A program made the position numbers and the translations under genes. This document shows, piece by piece, positions 50,100 through 63,361 of a stretch of DNA of 64,000 nucleotides. The stretch is taken from positions 14,378,950-14,442,949 of the forward strand of contig NC_134029.1 in the NCBI RefSeq assembly GCF_964204645.1, in the 5' to 3' direction. The DNA is from Tubulanus polymorphus. Taxonomy: Eukaryota > Animalia > Nemertea. The notes beneath the pieces are model-generated. The model ran no database searches and was not told the DNA's origin. It worked only from the letters and a program-made list of their open reading frames with translations. The first letter of the stretch is position 1. Each line of letters starts with the position of its first letter.

Positions 50100-50625
50100 A
50101 TGTAAGATGTACGAAAATAATATTATTGGCAGCTTAGATACAAACTCTCGATCATCTAGAGATTATTGGTGCAAAATGAAGAGGGTTTTAGGTAACAAAT
50201 TTATCAGTACATCAGTACTCACTAAGATGGCATGGAGTGTGTCAAGTCTTGATAAAGCTAACCTATTCTTAAAAACCGTTACTGAAAAATACCATAGTAG
50301 TGGTGTTCCCATCCCTGATTTCCATAATAGGGTTCAAAGCAGTGTTGTTCTAACACACGAAACCAGGAGAGATTATAAATCTAATTTCAATTTAACTTTA
50401 AATAAAGCCTGTGGCCCTGATGGTATTTCTACCAAAATGTAGAAAATATCCATCGAAAATGTCTCGCCACTTTTATCAGCTCTAGTTAATATATTAATTG
50501 ACTCTTTCAATTTAATTGAATCTTTCCCAATATTTGGAAACTAGGGTATGTAACAGTAATCTACAAAAAGGGTGACAAAAGCAACCCGAATAATTACCCT
50601 TAGTCCTATTACTCTATTATTCTGA
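50100..50625 (+). pseudogene. CR1-like LINE ORF2 fragment
   Basis: LNKACGPDGIS.KM...FPNIWKLGYVTVIYKKGDKSNPNNY.PITLL. Confidence 0.8.
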
Positions 50626-52133
50626 ATACAATTTCCAAATTATAGGCGCTGTACACTCAATCGAGACAGTTTATGAATAGCTTCACTGCGGTATTATCAT
50701 TTATTAACGTCGCCATATCATATCATCTAGTTATATCGTGCCTTGAAAACCTTGAAATTCATAAACGATTTCTAACATTGAAAGTTCAAAAGGCCATGTT
50801 TGTTTCTGCTGCTTTGCGTACATCCCACGCCGTGGCGCAAGCGCGGCCAATATGTCCAGTTTAGATGAAAAATAAATTGGACAAGGGATACATTCCATTT
50901 TGATGTCTTGGGTAAGTGAACCATCATTAGACTTGGCTATTGTGTAACGCAGCTACATTGTGTCGATATCAAAGTATCCAGCATAATGTTTAGTTGCTTG
51001 TGATTGTCTTTCAACTGCATTCATGTGCCTTTCTAATAATAATTAATTATCAATTTCAAATTTCAACTTAATTTATTTCACCTGGGAGACGATCTGCTTT
51101 TAGCTGCGTATGGGCCTATGTTACTACAAAATGAGTAAAATATTTTCATTTCTTAAAATTCATTTTTCTCAAATGGTGAGTTTTTTTTCAGTATTTCTGT
51201 CATTTCAAAATGGGACGGGGCAAGTTAGTGATAGTTGTCGTAGACTTGCATAGGGTTGGGGGGGATGAATGAAAATGGCTTGGCCGGGCGGGAAATTTTT
51301 CTTGTCTTGAATTAAGATTTTTTCGCAAGCAATGCCAATGGTAACTAGAGTTTTCCACAGCTGGCCATGATATCCCAACTTGACAAGCCCCGACAGTGTA
51401 TTCAATACATTTTGTTTGTGTTTTGATTAGGTAGAATCTAAACTGGTACATTGGTTCATTTTTTAGTGTTTTAGATTTTGTCAAATGGATATTGAATGAT
51501 ACGTACAAACCCTACTACACTGGACAGTGGTTTCTATACTACAGCAAACACCAATTTTCTTCGGTATAGCTTTAAAATCGTTACTCCACCAGAGAAAAGG
51601 CATTTCCTATCTGAAACAACTTTGTGGTACCAGCATGCGCAGTAGTGATAGCTCAGATGTTTTGACATTGAATTTTCCCCAGACCGTACATTGAAAGTTG
51701 AAGTTAATTCAAGTCTCAGTGGACTCTTCTGTTCGTCAACATGTAATGTTTTTCATCGAAATATTTTATATTGCAATATTTATGAAAGTATTTTCAATCA
51801 GGTTTGAATAAGTTGACAACCATTTTCACCTTCTCCGGAGTTATTGGTGTGGCTGTTATTCATCTGCTTTTAAGAGGTATTCAGTGATGTGCAGTTTGAA
51901 ACTGGAATGGTTGGATAGAGCAGCAAACATAAACCTCCAAAGGAATTACTAGCGAAAAGTTTCAGCTCATCTGGATCTTTCAGAAAATAAGCCCAGAAAA
52001 CCAGCATATGGGCGGCCATCCCCGCCAAACAGACGTCTAAGTTATCACGTTAAGGATTAACACAAAACATGAAGGATAAACTCATAACGTGAAGGATAAT
52101 GTCATAACGTTAAGGATCAACTCGTGATCAAGG

Positions 52134-53102
52134 ATGTGGCATGATAGACAAGATGACCTACAAGGATTTATATAAAACTTCCGTTTTGATGGTTTTCCAA
52201 CATATGTTTCAAATCTTCGTGCTTTCCATGATAAATAATGAAATAATAAATTCTGGATGGAGAAAAATGTGAATTAGTGTTCATTTCTTAATTTTTTCAA
52301 TTTCATCATTTCGTTTTGTTAGTTTGTGTTGTTGTCCTGGCCTCAGTCCATAGGTGCCAGCACCTTCCACAACTTTTCAAAATGGCCGCCGTTGAATTGA
52401 AGGAAATTTACTCTCACTTTACAGCCGATTTGCACATTGATTAAGATCGTCAGGTGAATGTGTTAGAGGGCCTTTTTTTAATAGCTTGGTTTACGGGGTA
52501 AACCTATTAAAATATCATTTCGGAGGAAAAAAAAATTTTAAAAAAATTCTCTCAGTGGGATAAAATCATTTTTTGAAGGAAGAGGGAACTGTTGATAGGG
52601 CAATATACATATGTCCAAACAAATGATTCTTGGAAAGTTCGAATTCTGCACACTGTGATCAAAAAAGAACCTTGCGTTTTTCAATTTTTCCATCATTCAA
52701 GCCAGGATTTTCATTCGGCGGAGGTGAAAACTTTTTTTTGCTTGTTTTTCCACTGAATTTGTTCTACAGACGGGAATAGAATTAAGAATTTATTTTTCAT
52801 TTGACTTTTCTTCAAATTTCGGGAGGCGGGTCCCGTAAACTAAGCTATTAAAAAAAAGGCCTAGGTAACAGACAAACTACGAATCTATTGTGAATTGATT
52901 ACAACAAAAATTAGACAGATATCTCAAAGACCAGGTAATGCCAGGCAAATTACTCGTCAGCCAATTTGACTGACAAGTAATTTGCCTCTCATTTCCTGGT
53001 CTTTTGAGATACCCCTGCAAAAATGATGTTCCCATTCCTGACTGTGGTTTGTGAAAATATCCGATCGTGAAACTAACCCACAGACAGGTTACTGACTAGT
53101 AC
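52134..53102 (-). repeat. Dispersed repeat, copy 2, interrupted by a different MITE
   Basis: Reverse complement of 15823-17672; internal hairpin AGGCAAATTACT.GTCAG...CTGAC.AGTAATTTGCCT. Confidence 0.8.
52469..52861. mobile_element. Harbinger-type MITE
   Basis: TIR GGCCTTTTTTTAATAGCTT.GTTTACGGG; flanks GAG/TAG (3-bp TSD, one mismatch). Confidence 0.8.
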
Positions 53103-54051
53103 CTGCTCTTGTTGTAGTTTTAGACTGATTTCATTCATACTTGAACTTTGGTTTTATTATGTGAGGGAGATGAGCCCTATTATGTTTGATTTGTATAGGT
53201 CATCGAAAGCAACCGAATTTCTGTGGGAAACGCATTATGGACCACTTTCTTGCTATACAATCTATAGTTTTTTACATATTTTTGGATGACTTGGTATGTG
53301 TATTAATGACTCGGCCAATAAGTCGAGGGCAGTTTTTTTAGCCTAAAATACATGGATTTCTTAATGCTACGCCCAATAAGCCATGAGTGCTGTGTATACT
53401 ATCATCATGTGATTACTAACACCCAGAGCCATATATTGTGACCTACATTGGCACACACGCGGCTGACTGCTAACACGCGTATATACAAATGTACTAGCGC
53501 TGCAGTATTAGAATGCCGCTGTGAGGTGATGAAAGAAGCAAAGTGGTTCTAAATAGATTATTGGTTGTAAATAATGACCTCGAATAGATATGGAACACTC
53601 TTATTGATTTTGATGATCATCAGGAGCATTAGAGTGACATAGTTCGGAAAGTAATTATTTAGGTCAGATCGTATCCCTCCAATAAGCTGATCATGACATT
53701 TTGGGGTAACAATCTGAGGCTAGAAAATCGGCTTATTAGCCGGAAAATACGGTATTACAATTATGCATACTCGACTTAACACTCGCTTCTTGGCTGAGGG
53801 GTATTCTTTACGTATGTCTAGTTTTTTTCTCCCTACCTTTACTTCTGGTATCTTTACGAATCCCTAAGAGGTACCTTTAAGGATGAGGTTAACAAAACAC
53901 TTGAGGAGCTGTATCAGCAGATCAGCTGTTTGTTTCCTCTGACATGTTCATTAGTCGTAATTTAAGAACTTTAGTCAGTTACAAAGCTGTACTAGATGGC
54001 TGTGGACATGATTAATTATCAGAATTGACTTTCATTAATGGTTTCATTTAG

Positions 54052-54206
54052 ATCTACACGAACAAATGTTCATACAAGGGATGCAAACAAAAAGAATTAA
54101 TTCCAGTTAGTTGCGAAAAATGTAATAAGAATTACTGTCTGCGACATCGGCATGAACAAGACCATTATTGTACAGGTTACCGAGGCAGCACAATTTCTCA
54201 AGCTGG
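54052..54206 (+). CDS. ZFAND2B: ZFAND2-like coding exon 5 (AN1 finger 2)
   Basis: IYTNKCSYKGCKQKELIPVSCEKCNKNYCLRHRHEQDHYCTGYRGSTISQAG, AG/GT boundaries, phase-0 start matches exon 4. Confidence 0.94.
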
Positions 54207-54299
54207 GTATGTTTGTGTCGTTATTTGAATCATTGATTTAGCGTTTTAAATGGAAATTTTATTAATGGAAATTTGACTTTTTTCTTATCTGCACTTCAG

Positions 54300-54398
54300 A
54301 GTGGCTGCTTTACATCGTATACAGAATGCTGTACCAAATTCAAAACCTTTTCCGAAACTTCAACAGACGAAAGCAAAATCAGGAAAACAACTCAATGG
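54300..54398 (+). CDS. ZFAND2B: ZFAND2-like coding exon 6 (linker)
   Basis: CTTCAG acceptor, (G)VAALHRIQNAVPNSKPFPKLQQTKAKSGKQLNG, GTGAAT donor; compare the AGLAAISRAQ segment of ZFAND2B. Confidence 0.8.
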
Positions 54399-57300
54399 GT
54401 GAATAAAATTTAAAACCTTTTAGCCTTGCATTCTAATTGTCATTTTGATTAACGAAAAATTTTAAGTTCTGGACCATTTCCGTGTCTATGTTTTACTTTG
54501 ATCCCTAAACATATATCACTTTTTGGCATCAAAGGTGTACTGCTGCAGTGCCATATCTTAAGAAACCGTCATAGTGATTCAGGCGCTCTAAAGTGATTGC
54601 CTTGTCTCTCCGAAGTCTCTCCGTCCACTCGTACACCTCACAGGGATGAAAATGTTCCATCCAAAGACGGATTTCCGACCTTGGCTTCATTTCAATCATT
54701 ACAGAGAGCAGTGTTAATATGTAAGGAGATTTAGGGGGTGAGGGTTATTGGGACTTGGGTCACATAATTTTTCTGAGATCGGTAGATCACATTTTGCGGC
54801 AGTTAAAGCGCTGCTAACCATAAAAGCATTCCTTGTATGTGTTTCCTGATCTCCTTTTATGTTGTATAAGTGTAGCACGGAAAAACCTAATGCCACTGAT
54901 GTACAGTCCCTGCCAAGCCAGGGCCGTTACTGGGGCTGTGTTTCAGAAGTCATGTAAAAATTTTGAGCTCAGGGATGTAATAAGTGTAACAATCTGGCAC
55001 CTCATAATTTAGATGGAAATTCTAAATTATGAGGTGCATCTGAAGCATTAATTGGCAACTTGCCATGTTGTTCGTTGAAAATGGGGATCACATCAATCAT
55101 TTGATTCACTCACTTCACTGTCACTGGTTGCTGGCCTGCAACCATTCTTTATCAGTGCAGTGGTTCGGTATTTTCAACTGACTTTGTTCTTCTATGACAT
55201 CACCAATGCCGCTGCGTCACAATGTAATGTACAAGGGACCTCCAAATTGTTATGTATGTGATGTATAAACTGACTTTAGACCGTTTAATATCGACGATAA
55301 CAAGGTGTCACCGACGCTGACATTTTCTGATGCTAACGTATGATGACCCGCCTTATGGAATGGACTAATTCAATTCAATTAAAAAAATGTGTATCGGTAC
55401 AATAAATAAATAAACCCTGTTGAAGTTTCGTAGTATTGATATCCGCGAACGAAACAAATATTATTATAGAATCTTTAAAAGGAACTGCTTTTAATAACTG
55501 TATGAATAAACTTATTTCACAAACAAGGAAGTACATTTTTAACGTGTGAATGGTCGAACCCCAGTTATTGACAGCAACCTGTGATATAAATATTCTCGGA
55601 GCCTTCCTTCTTTATCTATTTATGAAATGACGTCACAAACTTTCAGATTTGCGCCAGTATGCGCGCCGTGATTGATGATTGCTATTTCCACCGGTGTTAT
55701 CTTTAAGGAATTTTAAGTTTAGAATAGGAAGCAAAGTGCATCCATAGAATCTCCAAGCAGATTGTTATATTATTAGCAGAGATTAACATATCGTTGCAAA
55801 GTTTTTAGTAGTCGAATCTGATTGAAGATGATTTTTATGTGACGAGACTCGGTGGAAAATATGTTAAAATGATAATCAGCAGGAATGCAATAGGGTCTGC
55901 CTAGGCAGCAGAAACCCTAATTATAAGACACATCCAACTAATAATTATGACTCACTTCACAGATAGCAGTAGATGCAATAATAGATAACTAAATAGAGTA
56001 ATTACATTACACAAAAAAACAGCAAGTTAAAAAAAATCAGATAGAAATCTTAGATAGAATATATTTTGAAATACTCAGCTTATGGCAAATATATGAATAG
56101 ATCAGATATGACAGAAATTCACAATGAAAAAGTCAAATTATATACAAATAATAGAGCCAACAGTAAATGATTTGTCCGTAATTGTGCAATATTATTTATT
56201 AAGCCCATTTGGGACTTAAGACCTAGCGGGGTGTTGTGTGGCATATTTTGTTACCACAATTAATAGCAAATGAATTGCAAAATTAAAGCTTTGTGACATG
56301 TTCTATGATTGTGGTGAGTTTAACGTCATTGGTTTTTGAATATGGTCACCAGGGGCGTTGAATATTGAAATTTTATGTTTGTTGAGCATTTCAAACCACT
56401 TCCCAAGGTCCCTAATACTGGTATGTTAGCTTCCGCCGCCCTACATTGGAAGAGGTTGCCAAAACATTCAATGGTCAGCCACCCTCTGATTGGCGAAATC
56501 ACATGAACTTCATTCAGATATTTTTCATATTGTAGATCTTTTTTTTTTTCAAAATGAAATATTTTCCATACCTATCTGTACTCTACAAAATTTTCGACGT
56601 GGACCGTAAACAAATGTATATTGCGGTCTTATTTGAGTACAAAATAATTGTTTACAAAAGATAAAAAACAATATAAGAACTTTGAAATCAAGAATGAAAA
56701 AGATTTTTTCATAGCCAAACAAGCTCCAGTCTTCAAAGCAAACCACTCTGCCCATGTCATTGGTGCGTATTGATTCTATTCTAGTGATTTCATGCTACTG
56801 TTGAGTAGTAGTGGTCGGGTAGTCGACTTGTAGTTCATTTTCCCAGTTTTCTGTTATTTGACACAAGACAGCTGTGTTACTTGCTCAGTCGGTCTGAACA
56901 TTTTTGTGCCTTCTTGAGTTTGTCGAATGAAAGAATGAATTTATTTCTGAAAGAAGAAATTGAAAGAATTCTATAAAATAATGATTGTTTTCCCACCTGA
57001 CGGCATATTGGGATATCCCTTTTAGCTAGGTCCTGTTGTCATAACCTTCTGTACATTTATTGTTGCAAATATGGCCACGGAAAAAGTTGATTTGTTAGTG
57101 GAAATCATTTCAGAGACCGATTTAGGTGCATTTAGATATTTTTTAGACTCCCCTCCCCCTTGTACGATATTGGTACTTATTTCATTGACCCCCCAACCCA
57201 TACGTACATTTTGAAAGACCCCCCTCAAATCAACAAATTAGACATAACATGACATTTAATCCAACTTAATAGAACTTTTGACCTTCCTTCATTTCACTTA

Positions 57301-57539
57301 CTATATAGGCTAGTATTAACTATAGTAGGATTACATAGGATAAGGATTGGTTTACTGTGATTTATTTTGTCTCGGACATGTTTGACGTAATTTTGGATAT
57401 CTCTCGTCCATCATAACGTACATACATTTGTTTGAGAGACTCCCTACCAGAATAGTATTTTATATTTTCAGCTAATTTAACAGTCTTATTCTTAATTTGA
57501 ATTATATAATTTATCAACCACTTAATGAAGATTCAATGT

Positions 57540-58256
57540 ATTGTTCATTATTTGGATTATTGTTCCATAATGCAATAAATTTCTTTGCATCATCTAATTG
57601 ATCCAACTATAATTGTAAATCTAGTTTATTAAATTTAATTTAATTTTCTTTCTTTTCAAGAGGTCTTAGATTCTTCCAATTCCATATCAATTTCTGGTTG
57701 TATTCATCCTTCATGTTAAATTTCGATATTGGTAAAACATGATCTATATGAAAATAATTTCCATAATTATCTACATTCATTTCACCATTACACTGATATA
57801 TAATCCATGATTTTAGAAATTCATCTGAACAATCCAATAAATTTGTGTTTCTGAGTGATTATCTTTGCTGAATAATTTTGATAATCTAATTCTTAAACGT
57901 TGTTTCAATTTAAAATTAAAATCTGTTCTACACCTTTCTTTATGATAATTATTTTGATACTCATTATAATGTTCTCTATTATTATCCCTCCATTCTGTCC
58001 TATATTCTGCTATATAATCTGGGTGATTTTCTCTCCATTGTTTATTAATAGCTTAATTGCATTTTTCTTTATTATTTGCTTGATATTATTTAGTATTTAG
58101 TTTACTACAAGATTTGCAATTATGTTGTAAACCATCTTTGCTAATATTGCGTTTATAATAATCTGTAAATGGCTTATTTATTTTACACTTAGTACATGTC
58201 TTCTGATATATATTAACAACACTATGCGTAATATTTATAGTTTGTGGCTGTTCCAT
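57540..58256 (-). pseudogene. Zn-ribbon + HNH endonuclease-like protein (large-DNA-virus type)
   Basis: KTCTKCKINKPFTDYYK....DGLQHNCKSC; LLDCSDEFLKSWI...NYGNYFHIDHVLPISKF...WNWKNLRPL..KEN. Confidence 0.7.
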
Positions 58257-58984
58257 TTATTATAGATATTTTTACTAAAATATCATTAAAAAACTTAATT
58301 TGAATTATAAAATTTCTCATTAAGTTCATGAATGTATCTATGAGTTTTTAAACTCTTTAAATTTTTATATCTTTCATTACATATTTCACAGCATTTAATA
58401 TTATTCAATCTATCTGAAATATAATTGATGTTATCTTTTAATTCAGCATGTCTAATTTTACAAGAATCATAAAACTAACAACTGTTTTAATGAGTAAATT
58501 GAAAGAGATAATAATCCTGAAATTATAATAATTGATTTAATATTCTGTTGATTATTATATATAAGGTGTAATAAGTTTAATATATTTTCACTCATTTAAT
58601 TATTAGGTTAATTCACTAATCTGATTCAATAACTTTTTTATTTCGATGATTCTTTCCATTTAATTTCTTTAATTTCTTATTTTATTTTATATTTTCATTC
58701 ATCAAATCCTTACTGATATTTTCATAGTAAAAGTATAATGCGGCCAATATTAAACCTCCAGCAACTAAATAATGTTTCAAATCACTACTTCCGGTTGGAA
58801 TGAAACCATCCATCTATTTAAGAAAAATATTAAAAGATTGAAAAATATTTAATATTTTATAATCATTTTTTAAATATCAAACTTTTATATGATTCAATCA
58901 AATAACAATTAAACTTACTGTCTAACAGTTATTCATTAACTAATTTCTCAATGTTTTAACTATTATATATTTGAAACATACAGC

Positions 58985-60404
58985 TTAATCTTTTTTCAAT
59001 ATATATTTATTATTCTTTTCATATTCGATATGTTTAATTGTTCGATAATGTTTTGATTTATGTGATCTTAAATATTTACCTCCACAATCACAATACACTT
59101 TTTCATTAGGATTGAATTTTCTAAATTCATCATCTAAATTACATTGAATGCCAATATCTTTATAAGAATTATTATTAACTGATTCACATTGAATTCCAAT
59201 ATTTGATGAATTTTCATTATAGATAATTTGTTTATTATCAAAATTGAAATAACATGATTGTCTTTTTTCAATTCTTAAATTAATCAAATCATTGTAACTT
59301 TTAGAAAGTATTAAGTCATCATTTCTTTCATCAAAAAGAGTTTGAGGAATATTTATTATGTTTTCATCTAAATTACCTTTATAATTTAAAACTGTATTAA
59401 CACGTTGACTGCCACTCAAAAAATTTTTTTTTCTCAACATTGCCAATTTCACCAATAAACGAAAAGTAGGCGGAAACCACATATATTGATTTTTATTGCA
59501 TTTAATGCATGTATTACACCTATTATATGGTGAAAACAGAGTTGAATCGAGTCTCGTAGTTGGCAGTGGGGGTAAACGTTTTATACCAGTTGTCAGCTAC
59601 GAGACTACGCATTTCACTATCTTGCATGTGTTCCCCCATCAGATAGAAAGCAATACCCCACAAAGCCATGTCGCATTTGCAGAAGAGATGGTAACCGCAA
59701 AGAAACACGTTACGTTTGTGATGTCTGTCCTGGCAAACCAGCATTATGTGTAACCCCTTGTTTCAGGAGATACCATGTACAAAACTAAAGAAATGCCATG
59801 ACAACAATGCTATAATTTCTATCGTACTATGTTTATCGATTCACAGTGAGGTGAATCATTTCTTTCCAATTAGGAAAGGTATTTGATAAGCGTTTAATGC
59901 CTTATAAACTTTGATGTGAAAATAATCACGTAATATAATTTGATTTTTTAGATGTTCATAAATAAATAAAGAATTGATAAAAAAAGTTAGTTATTGATTT
60001 TTTAAAAATTACTTGTTTATCTGAGTTGCCAGACTTCGATTTATGTTGTTATCCACATTGCCAAACACAAAAAAAATGAATTCATTCACTCCGGGCTCAC
60101 TACGAGATATCTCGTAGTGGCAAGGAGCGGTACACCTGCTACTACGAGATATCTCGTAGATGGCAGTCAACGTGTTAAATATTTTAGGATTTTTAGCACC
60201 ATTATCAAAAGTATCTATTAGTTCAGTAATTATCTATGTTTCATTTGACTATATTTGATTAATCATAGTAATATTATCAATTCTATATTGTCTCTCGTAC
60301 ACTAAATTTGATGCTGAGATATAGTTTTTAATGTTAAATAATGAAAATAAGTTATTAGTTTCTTTTATTTCGATTTTGAATTTAGGTTCTTCTTCTTTCT
60401 TCAT
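58985..60404 (-). pseudogene. Viral hypothetical protein with C-terminal CxCG...H...H finger, interrupted by piggyBac
   Basis: Removing 59401-60178 joins ...FDNGAKNPKIF|NTVLNYKGNLDE...VYCDCGGKYLRSHKSKHYRTIKH. Confidence 0.6.
59401..60174 (+). mobile_element. Internally deleted piggyBac
   Basis: TTAA TSDs, TIR CACGTTGACTGCCA; retains the transposase C-terminal Cys-rich domain PTKPCRICRRDGNRKETRYVCDVCPGKPALCVTPCFRRYH (~59600-59788). Confidence 0.92.
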
Positions 60405-62339
60405 TTTAATAACAAACTTTTATTAAATAACATTCAAAAAGGCCAAACTTTAGTTTGAAATCCAGCAAATCTAAATTGATATAAATACTTACAATAACTG
60501 TGCCGTACCAGGGGTATATAGAACCAGACTGACGCCTAGCTAAGAATTCACAGGTTTAAATACAGTGCTGGTCATAAGCGCGAAAAATGTTGAAGTTCGC
60601 GTAACAAAATGATGAATTGCAGGATTTAATACGCTTCGAAACACAGTACAATCACACTACTGAGTATTGAATACATTATAGAAATAGCTCTAAAGAAATA
60701 CAATAAATCGACATATCTATATGAAATACACCAGTTTCCAACAAACACATCAAAAAAGTGATATATAGCGATGATAGTCAGCCTCAGCGTGAGTGTGATA
60801 ATGTATTCATATCCCTGGCCAAGTGCCAAGTACCTGGTTTCCTGGAAAACTAAAACTAGGCCACGTGTTGAGGCATGTTCTTCTCACTACACGCTGCACG
60901 GCCTCGGCGCTGTTGCTTGTAAAGTATGTCCTATTTGATTTCATCAAAATAGATTTTACACATCAAATTAGTCTCGCTTTATTTTCTGAAAAAATTGCAT
61001 GTAAGTGTTTGTTCATGCATTCATTCTCTCCAGTGCGTAGGTCGTCGTCAGTTTCTCTAAAAATAGACAACCATCATAGTAACTGAGCCACTCGCCTAGT
61101 TTTCGTCGATAGATATATTGTGATATTTGGCATCCAGCATTAAAACCATATCTGACTTTTCACGAATTCCTGTGTGGTTTTCTGTCTCAGACACACTGAG
61201 GAGGCGTTGAATTGAACAATTATCTTGGGAGAGGACCCCCAAACCACCCGCAATGGTTTCGCACCTTCAGTGCTTGCATCGTCGTTGCAGAATAAGTTTA
61301 ATATTTCTTACTGCACCCTGCTATAAATTTGACCCGTGCAGAACACTGCTTGTTGGTGGGAGTTCAGAGGAAGATTTGTCAAACGAATAAATACTTTAAT
61401 CTTATTAATGCAGTGTGAAATTTCACTTTTTTTAAACATTTCCCTAAATTATTAGAAAATGCCGATAGTAAGACCGTGGGAAAGTTTTTATCGTTGAATG
61501 GGCGAATCATGGCGGCAGAGTGCACCTGTGATAGGCGGAAATAGTTCCATGTGATGGCAAAGTTTTTAAATGATTATACAGTCGGAGGTAGTTTATCAAC
61601 TTTTTTCAACTATAGTGCTGCTATTTTCCCAATCAAATTGCTAGATTTCGATTTCGGTTTCTCATAAGTCAACACTTGTAATTCAAGTGTGATTTGATGT
61701 GTGTAGAGATACATCGTGACTAGCGTATCGAATGGTGGCGCCATGTTTAAGCTGCGCATCGATTGTTGAATAGTGGAATTATAGGGTGGAATTATCTTGA
61801 TTGTATCCATACGAAGTTTAATAAAGGTTAATGTCAAGAAATGTTCAATCGTTGGCCTACGTGAATGACCTTCCTTGAGCGTTCGCTGCCGTTGCGCCGC
61901 TCAAAATTATGAATAAAGTGTTATATAACTGATTGTTAATGACATACAACAAATAAACCTTTAAAGAAAGGTACCTAGTGTCTGACATTCTACTGAAAAA
62001 TTCCGGATTGATTCACCGCATAGTTTTTTCATGGTGAGCATTTGAGTATATGAATCAATTAACATGATTGACAGACCCGAGTGCGGTTTTATCAGCTGTT
62101 GAAGATGTTCGATGTAAACAATAATTTTAACCACGTGCGCGATGAAAACTAAGAAGCACTTAATTTTTTAATTACATGTAATTTGAATAGGCATCTGTGC
62201 TCGTTTTTCAAAAAGTTGAATTTTAATTGACTCCTATTGCATTGGCCTAAGCCAGGCCCTCTGGAATTGAATTGAATTCGACACAGTAATTCGCCTGTAA
62301 TTTGCAATGAATCTTTTTGAAAATTAGCTTGAAGATTGG

Positions 62340-62972
62340 GTCCGGCGAGATGTCCACCCCTATTGTAAAAGAATGTCATTGGTGATCAAATATGGCTGCC
62401 ATTGGGGTGGCCATCTTGAATTTCTTGTTTGCACGATGCAACCCGCAATTCTTGATGGATTTTCACAAAATTTGTTGTGAGGATCAGGGTAGGTAAGCTG
62501 TCCATGCCTTTTGTATATGGAGGTCATCGGCTTTCAAATATGGCCGTCAGGTCAGCCATCTTGAATTTCTAGCAAGAATCGGCCTGCAATTCTTGATGCA
62601 TTTTCATTATACTAGGTGTAAGAAATTTGGTAGGCAAAATGTCTACCCCTTATTGAAAATTGAGTTCAAGTATGGCCACCAGGGTTGTCCTCCATCTTGG
62701 ATTTCTTTTCAGCACGATGCCTACACCAATTCTTGATGCATTTTTTCATGTAGTGTGATCTTTGGGGCAGCTAAAATGGGCTTGTAAGGATACGGGCTTT
62801 TAATGTAAGGATATACTAACAGGAAATAACATTATCGCCACATGGCCTATGCCATCTTAACTATTTTAAAACTTGTTACATCGTTACAATGTTAATCTTT
62901 CTGTAAAACTTTGAATACTGAATCATTCTTCTTCTACTGCGTCATGAAGGTATAAGGCCCGTGGGCCTCTTG
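62340..62972 (+). mobile_element. Helentron-like element, 3' part with ~130-bp repeats
   Basis: About three CAAATATGGC...GCCATCTTG.ATTTC...CAATTCTTGATG units; terminal hairpin AGGCCCGTGGGCCT then CTTG and a T-run. Confidence 0.65.
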
Positions 62973-63175
62973 TTTTATTTTGGGATGCAAATAATGACAA
63001 CTTATTAGATGAGATTGACTGGAGTGTCTTGTCGACGTTCAGGTTGGGCTAAAGCCCACAAATAAGTTTGAGACTAATCAGTAGTAATAGTGCGTAGGCA
63101 TGGGTTGGGGTACACCAAAGTTTTGCTTATTCAAGGAGATTCTCTATGAGATCACAAGTTGGCTTCCAATTTCAG

Positions 63176-63275
63176 ACCATTATCCGAACAAGAACAGGAA
63201 GATTTGGCTCTAGCCCAAGCATTAGCTGCAAGTGAAGCGGAGCAATATCAACACAGAAGACAGAATTCACAAAAT
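63176..63275 (+). CDS. ZFAND2B: ZFAND2B-like UIM-coding exon (gene continues beyond the window)
   Basis: TTTCAG acceptor, PLSEQEQEDLALAQALAASEAEQYQHRRQNSQN, GTAGGT donor; matches the QEEEDLALAQALSASEAE motif of ZFAND2B; phase compatible with exon 6. Confidence 0.9.
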
Positions 63276-63361
63276 GTAGGTCCATTTTTCTACAATAATC
63301 ATTATTTTTCTGTTAACTTCTTGTTCTTCTTTAATGTCCATGTTACTTAGGTAGATGCTTT

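Larger units (their letters stand above)
57470..60430 (-). mobile_element. Second AT-rich endogenous DNA-virus fragment (Polinton-like or NCLDV-like), degraded
   Basis: Abrupt AT-rich block of tightly packed minus-strand ORFs with TAAATG/TAGATG starts (58255, 58595, 58814); contains an HNH ORF and a CDCGGKY..HKSKH..TIKH ORF. Boundaries approximate. Confidence 0.65.

Noticed and set aside
52045-52132. Four ~20-bp units (CGT.AAGGAT.A...) as a regulatory array
   Set aside because: Short, degenerate minisatellite at a repeat boundary with no supporting context.
15823-53102. One giant 37-kb transposon bounded by inverted repeats and capturing ZFAND2 exons
   Set aside because: The two copies are clearly diverged, no TSD was seen, and the gene continues normally past 53102; they are better read as independent dispersed copies.
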